Of a stretch of 64,000 nucleotides of DNA, positions 9,437 through 19,357 are shown in pieces. Source of the DNA: a virus; IMG/VR virus record IMGVR_UViG_3300045988_088152, positions 1 through 64,000 of that record, one strand, 5' to 3'. Under the pieces are notes generated by a model. The model did not search any database. It was not told the DNA's origin and was given only the letters and a program-made list of their open reading frames with translations. Position 1 is the first letter of the stretch. Every line of letters starts with the position of its first letter. The translations under genes were made by a program, and so were the position numbers.

Positions 9437-9764
9437 ACCAATAGGAAAATACTATGAGCTATTAGTCGATGGCGACAGCATCTATCTATGCCGCAAACAG
9501 GATACTATCATTCAAGCCGTGATTGAAGACCTATGTAATAGACACAATGCTGAGATGGCTAAATATGAGAATCTGGATGTTGAGCTTGTCAGCTGCGATG
9601 AGGCATACTTGAATGGGCTTGAAGATGGACGTGAAGAAGCTGCTCAAGAACGATATGACACTGGATATGACGACGGGTATCAAATGGGCAAAACAGATGG
9701 ATATGACTTAGGATATAGGCGTGGATTAGCTGATGCTATTGCTTGTGAAGATAAATTAACATAG
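9423..9764 (+). CDS. hypothetical protein with GYD/GY repeats
   Basis: ATG follows a GGAGGTG ribosome-binding site. The repeats read YDTGYDDGYQMGKTDGYDLGYRRG. It ends with the tandem stops TAG TAA. Confidence 0.5.
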   Translation: MWKFRPIGKYYELLVDGDSIYLCRKQDTIIQAVIEDLCNRHNAEMAKYENLDVELVSCDEAYLNGLEDGREEAAQERYDTGYDDGYQMGKTDGYDLGYRRGLADAIACEDKLT

Positions 9765-9773
9765 TAAAAAAAT

Positions 9774-9813
9774 GGGGAACATGGTAGACATAATAATCTA
9801 TCCAATGTTCCCC
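9774..9813. terminator. Bidirectional hairpin terminator between convergent blocks
   Basis: GGGGAACAT..loop..ATGTTCCCC lies between the last + gene (ends 9764) and the last - gene (ends 9825). Confidence 0.6.
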
Positions 9814-9824
9814 ATAATTATATA

Positions 9825-10358
9825 TTAGCCGCCAACAGCTTCTTTCATTACAATAGTAAACGTCTGGTCTCCTGTATTCTTGACCTGTTTGGCTTCAGTA
9901 GTATATCCTGCTTTAGTAGCTGTAACAGTATATGTATCACCAATGCCGCTTAGTAAGAATTGCTTAGTATTGCCAGCAACAGGCTCAACCGTCTCGCCGT
10001 CAACATCCGTCACAGTAATAAGAGCGTCCTTTGGCGTTACATCAACAGTAAGCAAGAAGCCCTCTTGTAGAGTAACAGCACCCTTGACTACCTTGAAAAA
10101 GCGCCCATCAAGACCAACGCCGCAATTGCCACGACCCATAATAGGCGCACCAATTTCTTCGCCTTCCGAACCATGTAGAGTGATATAACCAGCGCCACCA
10201 ACTTTAACCACGGTAAATAATGCTCCATCCCAGAGCTGACCGCAAGTAGATACTGCTTTACTTCTATCAACAGTTGTTGCATTTGCATCACAAATCACCC
10301 CGTTAATAATCTTGAGTGTATTTTTATCTAGCTTAATGCCTCCACACCAATTAGCCAT
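9825..10358 (-). CDS. hypothetical structural or adhesin-like protein with a C-terminal PEGA/carboxypeptidase-regulatory-like beta domain
   Basis: The pattern TVDVTPKDALITVTD..YTVTATKAGYTT..FTIVM is present. It lies downstream of a tail-fibre gene. Confidence 0.35.
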   Translation of the reverse strand: MANWCGGIKLDKNTLKIINGVICDANATTVDRSKAVSTCGQLWDGALFTVVKVGGAGYITLHGSEGEEIGAPIMGRGNCGVGLDGRFFKVVKGAVTLQEGFLLTVDVTPKDALITVTDVDGETVEPVAGNTKQFLLSGIGDTYTVTATKAGYTTEAKQVKNTGDQTFTIVMKEAVGG

Positions 10359-10379
10359 ATTTCATTCCCCTCTCTATAA

Positions 10380-11192
10380 TTATGCTTTAGCTACCCATGC
10401 TAATGCGCCATTTACAATGCCTAGCACCTTATCGTTATCGTCAGCTGTGAATGCTGGTAAAATAGCATCAACATATGCCTTATCAACTGCATCATTTGGT
10501 TCAGTCGCGTCAGCCGTTAGCTTGAGTTTACCTACCATAGTGCCGCCTGATTTGAGCAATGCACTAGCTTGGATTGCACCTGTCTTGCCATCTACATATT
10601 CTTTAGTAGTGGCATGATTCACTGATGTTGGCGCACCTACACTGATAGGCACATAAGTAGCTTGTGTATCAGCCTTAACAAATGCTGCTGTGCCATCATT
10701 TGAGCCAGTTAATCTAGGCGCATTTGTACCGGTTGCTTCAATGGTAGAGCCGATATATAATGGAGCCGGACCGTCTGTGCTGATTCTATGGGCATTGACA
10801 ATACCATGCTCATTCATGTTCAGGTCGCTATCAATCATGCCATCATCGCCAAGTAGACTATGCCCATCTACATACGCCTTGGTTGCCGCATCTTGGTCTG
10901 CAACTGGGTCGAGCAGATCAGTGATTTTATGGTTGTTCAAGCTGACCTCTGATTCAATAGCCATGCCGCTATCTGTATTGCTAATGGATTTAACGCCCAT
11001 GATATTATTGCCGTTCATATATAGGTTGCCGCTCATTGGCACTGTGCCATCTGACTTGAAATCACCTGATGCGCCAGCACCTCCAACGCCGCCCTTTACA
11101 TTAAGCACGGGTCTGCCCTGTGCATCCTTGGTATAATTAAATTGGTCTGAATTTAATAGATAACCACCATCTGCGGCTCTGATTGTTGCCAT
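10380..11192 (-). CDS. tail fibre protein
   Basis: It has three copies of the phage-fibre motif D(A)xxK.YVD (ATKAYVDG, TTKEYVDG, VDKAYVDA) and is Gly-rich. Confidence 0.6.
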   Translation of the reverse strand: MATIRAADGGYLLNSDQFNYTKDAQGRPVLNVKGGVGGAGASGDFKSDGTVPMSGNLYMNGNNIMGVKSISNTDSGMAIESEVSLNNHKITDLLDPVADQDAATKAYVDGHSLLGDDGMIDSDLNMNEHGIVNAHRISTDGPAPLYIGSTIEATGTNAPRLTGSNDGTAAFVKADTQATYVPISVGAPTSVNHATTKEYVDGKTGAIQASALLKSGGTMVGKLKLTADATEPNDAVDKAYVDAILPAFTADDNDKVLGIVNGALAWVAKA

Positions 11193-11208
11193 ATATTATC
11201 ACATCCTA

Positions 11209-11475
11209 TCAACTATATTCATCTGGATTCTCATTCTTTTTAGCAAAGATGCGCTTAAATGCTAGAGAAATCAGTTCAAAGCCAAAAGCACCAGCTGCAT
11301 ATATCAGCACATCGCTAAGGTCACATCCAATTGTCTCGCCCCAACGTATAACAGCATATGTCTTTAAGCAAGCTGCCCATATCATTACTAAAGTTAAGAG
11401 CCGGAGACAGTATATTACTATCGTCCGGCTCATTTCTCCTTTAGCCCATCTTCGCTTATTCCTAAGTTTAAGCAT
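11209..11475 (-). CDS. small membrane protein (two hydrophobic segments) of the lysis cassette
   Basis: It lies immediately downstream of the endolysin and has hydrophobic stretches IVIYCLRLLTLVMIWAA and VLIYAAGAFGFELISLAF. Confidence 0.4.
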   Translation of the reverse strand: MLKLRNKRRWAKGEMSRTIVIYCLRLLTLVMIWAACLKTYAVIRWGETIGCDLSDVLIYAAGAFGFELISLAFKRIFAKKNENPDEYS

Positions 11476-11481
11476 GGGTTA

Positions 11482-12150
11482 TCATCCCTTATTAGCTAAT
11501 TTCTCCATCAGGTCTTTATTGTATTTATATGTATCTAGCCAATCTACTGTAGCATCAGTGAATCCAAAGCGGCTCTTTACTTTTGCTTTATTTGCCTCAT
11601 GCTTTTCATCAATCTTCTCAGCTTTAGACCCATCGTTAAGTACCATTACGGTATGTCTAGATTCATTTACTAGCACATCACCGCGCTTTAGATAATCACT
11701 AGATGTTAGATATTTCTTATCTGTAATCATCTCAAATTTGCCCGTTTTAGCCCATTGCTGTTTCATCTGAAATGTAGCAGGAGCATTGCCTTGTGCATAT
11801 GCTACATCCATATTAACACCAGCCGCCTCAGCACAAACCGCCATAAATGCGCTACAGTCTGTTTCACATGGGATCTTAATTGCGGCTAGATTCCATTCGA
11901 CTTTCTTTGCTTCAGCTCTAAGCGTATTTCTTTGCCATTGATCATAGCCAATATTTTTATTAGCTACACCAGCTTCACACGCCTTAGCCATCTTTTCAGC
12001 CGTCTTTGAGTCTTTGGCTCGAATTAGCAATGTCCAACCACCACTATACCAACCTGATTTATTTAGCTCACGACCTGATTGATTACCAGCTTGACCGCCA
12101 TGGATACCACCATGTTCATCAATGCTGGCTTGACCAATATATACAGCCAT
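11482..12150 (-). CDS. endolysin, papain-like (NlpC/P60 or CHAP-type) peptidoglycan peptidase
   Basis: The start ATG 12150 follows a GAGGAGA ribosome-binding site, 1 nt after the holin stop. Cys motif ETDCSAF and His motif SRHTVMVL are present. It is adjacent to the holin. Confidence 0.55.
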   Translation of the reverse strand: MAVYIGQASIDEHGGIHGGQAGNQSGRELNKSGWYSGGWTLLIRAKDSKTAEKMAKACEAGVANKNIGYDQWQRNTLRAEAKKVEWNLAAIKIPCETDCSAFMAVCAEAAGVNMDVAYAQGNAPATFQMKQQWAKTGKFEMITDKKYLTSSDYLKRGDVLVNESRHTVMVLNDGSKAEKIDEKHEANKAKVKSRFGFTDATVDWLDTYKYNKDLMEKLANKG

Positions 12151-12151
12151 A

Positions 12152-12469
12152 TTACTTAGTCTCCTCTTGCTTAGTGCCATATAGCTCATTATGGAGCAGT
12201 AGGACGCTGGATTCAATCATGTTCTCAATAGTAGCCGAATCGAATTTGATACCGTGCTCAGACAGGTAGTTGACAACATATGCCTTTTTCTCTTGTGCTT
12301 GTTCGGTCTTGAATAGTTGTTCTGCGGCTCTGACAGCAATATCTACATATTGCTGTGTCTGGGCAATCTTGGTTTCACCATATTTCTGCTTGAGATATGG
12401 TACAAGAACGCCAGTAAGAACAGCTACAATAAGACTAATAACGCTAACGATAATCTGAGTATAATCCAT
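12152..12469 (-). CDS. holin (LL-H-like family)
   Basis: It has an N-terminal transmembrane segment IIVSVISLIVAVLTGVLVPYL followed by ..AVRAAEQ..KKAYVVNYL..GI..IENMIESSV, and it lies directly upstream of the lysin. Confidence 0.6.
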   Translation of the reverse strand: MDYTQIIVSVISLIVAVLTGVLVPYLKQKYGETKIAQTQQYVDIAVRAAEQLFKTEQAQEKKAYVVNYLSEHGIKFDSATIENMIESSVLLLHNELYGTKQEETK

Positions 12470-12492
12470 TTTATATTCCTCCTATATTCCTA

Positions 12493-13122
12493 TTATTCAG
12501 TAATTTCTTTCCATCCAGCAGGATATGCAGATGGACTATATGTATTGGCATCAATCAAGCTTTCATATACCTTACCTTCAAATTTGACTTTGTCGCCCTT
12601 CTTATACGCATCATGTGCGCCTGTTGGTTGGACAAAATCAGGGATTGTTTCAGCGGGTGGAGTTTCTGGTTCAGTTGTACTACCGCCTCCACCACCTCCT
12701 GTGGATTCAGTCACTTCTTCCCAACCATATACACCCGGTTCCCATACATTGTTATCAATAGAGCTTTTCCATTTCTTTCCATTATGCATGACAATATCGC
12801 CGAGCTTATATGCGTCGGTCGCGCCTAGTGGCTGAACCCATAGAGGGATGCCGCTTGGGTCAATACCAACCGCCTTATATAGGCTAGTGGCTGCATCTGG
12901 CGTCCATTGAGCCGCAGATGTATGATCTTGTAGCACCTGATATAACTGTGGGTCGCCTACAGCATTAACGCCATACGCTACCCAATCACCAGTTACATAT
13001 TTTACATTAACAGCCCATTCATCAAAGATGCTAGATACAACTAGCGCCTTTTCTTCTGGTAGAGTTGTAGCAAAATACTGTACTGCTTTTCTAAATTGCT
13101 CTGCATATGCAATTCTTTCCAT
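12493..13122 (-). CDS. protein with two CBM5/12-like carbohydrate-binding repeats, associated with a tail fibre
   Basis: The repeats YKLGDIVMHNGKKWKS..W and YKKGDKVKFEGKVYESL..YPAGW are separated by a GGGGGGS linker. It is a paralogue of 18959-19357. Confidence 0.5.
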   Translation of the reverse strand: MERIAYAEQFRKAVQYFATTLPEEKALVVSSIFDEWAVNVKYVTGDWVAYGVNAVGDPQLYQVLQDHTSAAQWTPDAATSLYKAVGIDPSGIPLWVQPLGATDAYKLGDIVMHNGKKWKSSIDNNVWEPGVYGWEEVTESTGGGGGGSTTEPETPPAETIPDFVQPTGAHDAYKKGDKVKFEGKVYESLIDANTYSPSAYPAGWKEITE

Positions 13123-13334
13123 TATTCAGCCACCTCCTCTTTTGTAGACAAGCCAATCATAGTATCAATAACCTTATTAGCCTCATCTAGTTTTGTTTGT
13201 AGCTCATCAATTAGAGCCTGTTGTGCCTGTTTATCAATCGTCTCTTGAGTTGGCGCATACACATGATTGCCATTCTCATCTATGATTTCTACATAACCAG
13301 CTTTTGCCGGTAATGTCGGAGTTGATAATGCCAT
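13122..13334 (-). CDS. hypothetical small protein
   Basis: ORF coupled to its neighbours and preceded by an AGGAGG ribosome-binding site. Confidence 0.45.
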   Translation of the reverse strand: MALSTPTLPAKAGYVEIIDENGNHVYAPTQETIDKQAQQALIDELQTKLDEANKVIDTMIGLSTKEEVAE

Positions 13335-13349
13335 ATATTACTACCTCCT

Positions 13350-14735
13350 TTATGATTTTGCTTTAATATAAGTATACAACCTATCAGAAATAGACACTTC
13401 TGGAATATTTAATGATCCCCACGAATAAGCTATCATTATACCATCACTTGTAAGCCAATATATTGTTGAGCCATCCTTACTAACAGTCCCAGTCACAAAT
13501 TTTACATTACTAATATGCTGTATTTTTTTCCAATTAAATCCGTTGGAATAACCGGTTGTATAAACATCTGTTCCATTACCATTTGTAATCGTTGCAATAA
13601 TTACATCGCCTTTAACAATTAGTGTACAAGGATAATTGTTATCAGATACAACCGGGAACCCCGTGTTCACCCAATTTGTAAAATCAGTGCTTGCCATAAT
13701 AGAAAAATTGTCATTTATGTTACCAACTGCAACAACCACATTGTCGTTACCAGCTAATTGTCCATAATATTTATTTGAAGGATAAGTAAAATGTAGTGAT
13801 GACAATGGTCCTGTACAGGCTAATTCACCTTGACCAACCAGCCTTGTAAGGTTTGCATTATATTGACCACCCATAGCAAATGCCATATTGTTTAAATATA
13901 ATCCATGACTTATAAAAGTGCAAAAGTCCGTTGTGTTTACTGATGTGATTGAAGAACTAGAACTCGTTATCGAGTCCATTTTTTCAAACGTAATCGTTGT
14001 CGAAGGAGACCCAACGGCATAAAAATTTGTACTATTTGGAACTAATATTACCTTATGTATTATCGCATTAAATTGAACAGACGATCTTGTTTGATTTGTG
14101 GCATTAAGAGAATCACGAATATACACATACCTTAAATTGGGACCACTGTGATCTCCCGCGCCAACACAACAAATGTATTTTCCAGACATTTCTTGGTATT
14201 GTATATCTTTTAAAACAGTACTAACAGTACCACCAGCAGATGACGTTGATATTGTTGAATACAAAGATTCCGTAAGATTACCATTATATATCGTACCGTG
14301 ATCATTATTGTTTAAAATTGTACCAACTCTAGCAAACTTATCATTATCTAAAAGTGCTATTTGAAAACTACTGGATGGTTCTTTGCTGCTATAACTTGTT
14401 ATGGGCGTAGATGCTCGTTTTGTTTCATTAAAAGATGTGTCTAATACAGATACTAATTCTGGATAATCTTCTGCATTAACGTTCTGACCATTACACAGCA
14501 ACCACTTGTCCCCAAGATTTGTCCTAGCTGTTGTCAACGTATCACCAACTTGGAATGCTCCTCCATTTTTTGAAATAGATTGTAACGCATCATCCAACGT
14601 CTTGCCAGATGGAAGATTAGTAGCCGCTTGTGCTGTCGTATCTAATAGTACCTGTCCACTATTTGTTTCTGGATATAGAGTATCATAATCTGTGCCATTA
14701 TAATTCTCTATAATAAAATTTTTCTTTTCAGCCAA
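13350..14735 (-). CDS. tail fibre or receptor-binding protein with a phage tail-collar motif
   Basis: It has the collar-like motif GDKWLLCNGQNVNAEDYPELVSVL and a Ser/Thr/Asn-rich beta C-terminal part. Confidence 0.55.
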   Translation of the reverse strand: MAEKKNFIIENYNGTDYDTLYPETNSGQVLLDTTAQAATNLPSGKTLDDALQSISKNGGAFQVGDTLTTARTNLGDKWLLCNGQNVNAEDYPELVSVLDTSFNETKRASTPITSYSSKEPSSSFQIALLDNDKFARVGTILNNNDHGTIYNGNLTESLYSTISTSSAGGTVSTVLKDIQYQEMSGKYICCVGAGDHSGPNLRYVYIRDSLNATNQTRSSVQFNAIIHKVILVPNSTNFYAVGSPSTTITFEKMDSITSSSSSITSVNTTDFCTFISHGLYLNNMAFAMGGQYNANLTRLVGQGELACTGPLSSLHFTYPSNKYYGQLAGNDNVVVAVGNINDNFSIMASTDFTNWVNTGFPVVSDNNYPCTLIVKGDVIIATITNGNGTDVYTTGYSNGFNWKKIQHISNVKFVTGTVSKDGSTIYWLTSDGIMIAYSWGSLNIPEVSISDRLYTYIKAKS

Positions 14736-14741
14736 TTATAT

Positions 14742-15023
14742 TCACTCCTTCAATTTGAAGTATACCTGCCCACTTGTCATACCAGCAGGAGGTTGAGTAG
14801 CAACCTTGATTATATCTTGTTTGAATGTGGGGTCAGATGTTGATTGAACGGCTACTAGACGATTTGTCACATAGTTAAATAAAGCCGCCATTATCGTCTT
14901 ATCTGTCAACTGGTCGTTCTGTAGGATGGCTAGAGCCGCCTCGTATTGACCAACTGACATATATTGCTTGAACTGCGTATTCAAGTCAACATCAGTCAGA
15001 TGTAAATCTTGATATTTCATCAT
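14742..15023 (-). CDS. hypothetical protein (tail module)
   Basis: Coupled ORF that resembles the neighbouring 15020-15346 product. Confidence 0.4.
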   Translation of the reverse strand: MMKYQDLHLTDVDLNTQFKQYMSVGQYEAALAILQNDQLTDKTIMAALFNYVTNRLVAVQSTSDPTFKQDIIKVATQPPAGMTSGQVYFKLKE

Positions 15024-15346
15024 ACGTTAGCCGCTCCTGTCACATGAAACCAAAAATCTGTGGCTTGCTGGAATGTTGGTTGCGTTTCAGATACAATATA
15101 AGCAGGGCTATATCTATCACCAAAATATTGCTCTGTTGCCGTCAAGCCATCTAGCACATCATTCATAAGACCAGCTGAAATAATTTTCTGTTGCCCATTT
15201 GGCATCTGAGATAATACCTGTTGCGCCACATCGTAGCTACCAGCCTCCATAGCATCTTGATACTGTTTTACCAACTCAGCATCATCGGCTGTGATATCTA
15301 GCATGGTTGGGAATGTATCAACTTGACTGGGAAATTTAGTTGCCAT
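15020..15346 (-). CDS. hypothetical protein (tail module)
   Basis: ORF coupled to the downstream gene by an ATGA overlap. Confidence 0.4.
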   Translation of the reverse strand: MATKFPSQVDTFPTMLDITADDAELVKQYQDAMEAGSYDVAQQVLSQMPNGQQKIISAGLMNDVLDGLTATEQYFGDRYSPAYIVSETQPTFQQATDFWFHVTGAANV

Positions 15347-15359
15347 TTAATCACCTCGT

Positions 15360-16847
15360 TTAATACTCTGTATAATATGGATACCAGCTTGACGCTGATA
15401 TAGTCATACTATTTGTATCGCCATATTGCGCATTATATGACTGTATCATATATTTCTTTGGGTCGCCTTGCAATTTCATAGCATGGCTCATAATAATATT
15501 GACATCAAGCCAAGGAATTGGTATAGTAGCTAATGAGATGCTATCATTAAGCCGACAACGCCAATATAACTCTATATCAGCTCTTTGCTTTGCTAGATCA
15601 TTAGACATGATATTGTCGTATTCACCACTATAGCATACATGTCTAATAATACCAACGGAGCTAGAGCCAATAGGATTACCAACGTAGAATGGACTATCTG
15701 GATTATCATCATATGCTACAGCTGATGCTTGGTCATTGCCTAAGTCTAAGAATGTATTATCAGCTTGGAACTGAGAGACATAATATTTATCTTTTGTTAG
15801 AGCTGTAATAAATGCACCTGTTTTATCAACCAACCTATATGTACCCAATGTGGTAGACTCTGCTTCACTAGCACCAACAGTAATTGTAAGTTGAATATCA
15901 CCTGTTACATCACTAGGTGGTACAAAACCAACCAACGTCCATTCTTGTAATGGTGAGCCACCTGTTTCAGTTGGCGTTAATGATGGTATATGCAATGTCA
16001 CAGTCGACCCTGATACAGTTGTACTATCACTGAAATGGTCAATATCATGACTACGCCCATATACCTCTATATAGTTCTTAACATTCTCAAAATCTGTGCT
16101 TACTGATTCTGAGATGAGGATGTTTTGCCACACATCGTCATCAATTAAGGTCGGTGCATCTTTACCACTTGGTATCATCTCATAGTGGAATACACCATCT
16201 GTATCAAAATACATCTGATACTGAGGTAAGATGTTACGTAGTTCCTTAAGAATATCATATACTGTGCCGCCTTGAGCTATCTCAATATCATATGGCACTT
16301 CTTGGATTGTGTCATCTATATTCTTACATTCACTGACAATGTATTTATTGAACCCACCTAATTCCAATGCAGCGATTATAGCCCCACGCACATCTGAGCC
16401 AATAGGTATCTTAGTAGGTACACCCTGCAATTCACCATTTCTCAATCCCGTCAATTTAGACATCAAGTCAAGCCCTGAAAAAGATAGAGTATATGTCGCC
16501 GCATCATATTGATAGCTAGGTGCATTGATTAGATATATACCCTGATTATACCATTGGATATTACCTGTACGGATATTAAGATATCCAATCCATGGTCTGA
16601 TATATTTATCAAGAAAAATCTTGCCACCGGGCCGAATCTCAAATGAGCTATCTGTAACAACTAGGTTACATTCACACGAACGCCGCAAATCAGCATTAGC
16701 ATCAACCGTGACAGATAATCCAATCAGGTTGCCGCTTAGTTCATCTACGACGTTCATGTTAAAATCTAGTAGGTCAAGCTTAATATATTGCTTAATATAT
16801 GATTGCTTGAGGATATTATAATCATCCTGTGTGATATTCAATGCCAT
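15360..16847 (-). CDS. tail tip or baseplate structural protein
   Basis: A large ORF in the distal-tail module. The call rests on position only. Confidence 0.35.
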   Translation of the reverse strand: MALNITQDDYNILKQSYIKQYIKLDLLDFNMNVVDELSGNLIGLSVTVDANADLRRSCECNLVVTDSSFEIRPGGKIFLDKYIRPWIGYLNIRTGNIQWYNQGIYLINAPSYQYDAATYTLSFSGLDLMSKLTGLRNGELQGVPTKIPIGSDVRGAIIAALELGGFNKYIVSECKNIDDTIQEVPYDIEIAQGGTVYDILKELRNILPQYQMYFDTDGVFHYEMIPSGKDAPTLIDDDVWQNILISESVSTDFENVKNYIEVYGRSHDIDHFSDSTTVSGSTVTLHIPSLTPTETGGSPLQEWTLVGFVPPSDVTGDIQLTITVGASEAESTTLGTYRLVDKTGAFITALTKDKYYVSQFQADNTFLDLGNDQASAVAYDDNPDSPFYVGNPIGSSSVGIIRHVCYSGEYDNIMSNDLAKQRADIELYWRCRLNDSISLATIPIPWLDVNIIMSHAMKLQGDPKKYMIQSYNAQYGDTNSMTISASSWYPYYTEY

Positions 16848-16850
16848 ATA

Positions 16851-17759
16851 TTAAGCCTCCGTTGGGATAAGTCCATTCATAAACAGATCGGACTTGTTAT
16901 CCGGCTTACCTGTCTCTGTCCAGCTTGCACTAATATCACACATGCCCATACCATAATTGCTATCATAAGATACCGATGGATTTCCTGTGATAAGGCAGAG
17001 CCAAGCCTCGCCATTCCAATCCTTTATTACCTTGTGTTTGCCATTGGTTAGGAATTTTAGTAGGGTATTCTTTCTAGTTGTGATTTCCCGTCTATCAATA
17101 TTTCCCGTTTGCTCAAAATCAGCTGGTAGTACCTTACCTTGAATCGAGCCGGTCTGATAATTCTGTAGTCCATTGCTAATAACGACAGGATATTGCCGCC
17201 CATATGGTGTAAATACGCCTACTTGCCGCATTTGGTCATTATTACCATATGCAACGCCACAATATAGTTTATATACCGTATCATAGTCGCAAATAAATAC
17301 ACCCTTGAAATTAGTAGCAATTTGCTCTACAATATAATCACCCTCAACATGACTCATCATAGGCACATAGGCATATTGATATTCAGTAAGATTAAGTGCC
17401 AAATTATCAGTAAATGTAAACGATAATTCTGACAGACTGTTAATCTGCTCCTCTTTAATTGTTGTCCATTCAAATTCGCCAACTTTACGTCGCTTGAGTC
17501 TATAGCCTGTAATATCCTTAGCAATTTGGTCAACATTGCCAGCAGAGATATTGTTCTCAAAGTTACAATCCATGACCGTATCCCAATCCCAATCGGTAGG
17601 GATAGTTGGGTCATATGGCTTAGTGACATTGTTGCTTACGTTGAAATGATCATATATGCCGTTCTCAATGCGCGTCTTAGTGATATGTGAGACGTTGGTT
17701 GGCATAGGGTCAATAGCGTTTCTATCTGAACAAAAGTTATAGCCTAATACAGCAATCAT
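16851..17759 (-). CDS. tail or baseplate structural protein
   Basis: ORF in the tail module, coupled to the upstream gene. Confidence 0.35.
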   Translation of the reverse strand: MIAVLGYNFCSDRNAIDPMPTNVSHITKTRIENGIYDHFNVSNNVTKPYDPTIPTDWDWDTVMDCNFENNISAGNVDQIAKDITGYRLKRRKVGEFEWTTIKEEQINSLSELSFTFTDNLALNLTEYQYAYVPMMSHVEGDYIVEQIATNFKGVFICDYDTVYKLYCGVAYGNNDQMRQVGVFTPYGRQYPVVISNGLQNYQTGSIQGKVLPADFEQTGNIDRREITTRKNTLLKFLTNGKHKVIKDWNGEAWLCLITGNPSVSYDSNYGMGMCDISASWTETGKPDNKSDLFMNGLIPTEA

Positions 17760-18838
17760 ACCGTCTCACCTCTATTCTCAATTTTTAAGTCGTATACATT
17801 GTTGATGCGCCGATTCCATATGCATAGATATTCTGTATCAGTTGGCTTTGCTATCTTATTAGAGAAGATACCATAGTAATGCCGCCATTTAGGATGAATG
17901 GCTACAAGCTCAATCCATACATATTCACCCTCTTCACGATATGTTAATGTGACGGTTGCTCCATCATCATTAGTAAACGTGAGGATAGTTGAGTTAGGAT
18001 TAAAGTCGCGCCCCCATATACCCATGGTATAATCACCAGCTATCTCATAGTTATCTTTCCATTCCACCCATGAGCCTTCAGCTCTGAGATCGACCTCTTT
18101 GTCATCAATATATGTAGGAGGATATGGGTTAGAATCGCCCGGAATACCAACCATATTATTCTCAATCGTCACATATCCGTCACGACAATTATTGGTCAAA
18201 TACATGGTTGTATATAATCTCGGTATGACATATACAATGTATATACTGACTTTGCCTGATTCTACAGCCGTTCCTTCTACAGTTTGCCCAACTACCTCAA
18301 TCTGATATGTCAACTTATCCTCAAAGCCTGAGAACATATAGGACACAATTGTTGGTACAGGTTGATTCTGTAGATATTTAACGCCGCTTGTTGCTACTAA
18401 ATCGCCCTGAGCATCATAGAGATTGAATTGATATTGCGCCAACTGCTCAGATTCAGCTTGATTATATTGTGCCTCAAATTCAAAGGATGCGTTAGGGATA
18501 TTATTGCTAGGTGGCATATTGGTAAAAATTAAAGTAGGTTGAGTATAGCAATAGAATAGAATAGGGTCTGATTCAACTGATATATTGCCCTGTGCATCAA
18601 TCGTCTGAATCGTCGCCTGATATCGTGTGCCATTGGTTAATGTATTGGCCGGTAATGTATGGATATAAGCAAATGATGTAACTGTCTGTTTATATACCTG
18701 AGCTAATGTTGCATTATTTTTTATTGTTAATATATTGCCTGTGACCTGAGAGCCGCCTTGTGAATAGAACTTGAACTGCTGTTCTCTACTTGCATCAAAT
18801 GCTGCTACTGGATATAAACTGGGTTTAGTTAAAGCCAT
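17756..18838 (-). CDS. tail or baseplate structural protein (beta-rich, FN3-like N-terminal half)
   Basis: ORF preceded by an AGGAGGA ribosome-binding site. The call rests on position. Confidence 0.35.
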   Translation of the reverse strand: MALTKPSLYPVAAFDASREQQFKFYSQGGSQVTGNILTIKNNATLAQVYKQTVTSFAYIHTLPANTLTNGTRYQATIQTIDAQGNISVESDPILFYCYTQPTLIFTNMPPSNNIPNASFEFEAQYNQAESEQLAQYQFNLYDAQGDLVATSGVKYLQNQPVPTIVSYMFSGFEDKLTYQIEVVGQTVEGTAVESGKVSIYIVYVIPRLYTTMYLTNNCRDGYVTIENNMVGIPGDSNPYPPTYIDDKEVDLRAEGSWVEWKDNYEIAGDYTMGIWGRDFNPNSTILTFTNDDGATVTLTYREEGEYVWIELVAIHPKWRHYYGIFSNKIAKPTDTEYLCIWNRRINNVYDLKIENRGETV

Positions 18839-18915
18839 ATCTCATCCTCCTTTCTATGTATTTGTTGTTCCTGTGACATGATACCAATAATCACATCCTA
18901 GTTAAATTAAATTTT

Positions 18916-18948
18916 ATCCTCTATGATTCAATATGACTCATAGAGGAT
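18916..18948 (-). terminator. hairpin (11-bp stem) between tail gene sets
   Basis: ATCCTCTATGA..11-nt loop..TCATAGAGGAT lies in the 120-nt gap between 18959 and 18838. Confidence 0.45.
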
Positions 18949-18958
18949 ATTGTTTTAT

Positions 18959-19357
18959 TTATGCCTGTTCCTGCCAACCAGCCGGATATGCCGCTGGTGA
19001 ATATACATTCGCATCAATCAAGCTGATATAATGCTTACCATTAAACGTAACCTTGTCACCCTTATTGTAAGCATCATGCGCACCAGTAGGCTGCACAAAT
19101 TCCGGCCATTCATCTAGTGAAACGACCACAAACAGTGCAGGTGTAATATCAGGTGCCCAATCCGCTTGTGAGATATGTGCTTGAACCACGCGATATAGTA
19201 CATTTTTGTATTGCAACCGCTCATCTACTACATAAGCACGTCCTACTACCCACTGTGGGAATAGCTCTACTGCTTGTAGTGCGTCTTCATCGGTTAAGCT
19301 GATAGCTGCTTTTTCAATATAGGGACGTAATGCTCTAGCTCTTTCTATATATGTCAT
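18959..19357 (-). CDS. CBM5/12-like carbohydrate-binding protein, paralogue of 12493-13122
   Basis: FVQPTGAHDAYNKGDKVTFNGKHYISLIDANVYSPAAYPAGW closely matches the C-terminus of the 12493-13122 product. Confidence 0.5.
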   Translation of the reverse strand: MTYIERARALRPYIEKAAISLTDEDALQAVELFPQWVVGRAYVVDERLQYKNVLYRVVQAHISQADWAPDITPALFVVVSLDEWPEFVQPTGAHDAYNKGDKVTFNGKHYISLIDANVYSPAAYPAGWQEQA

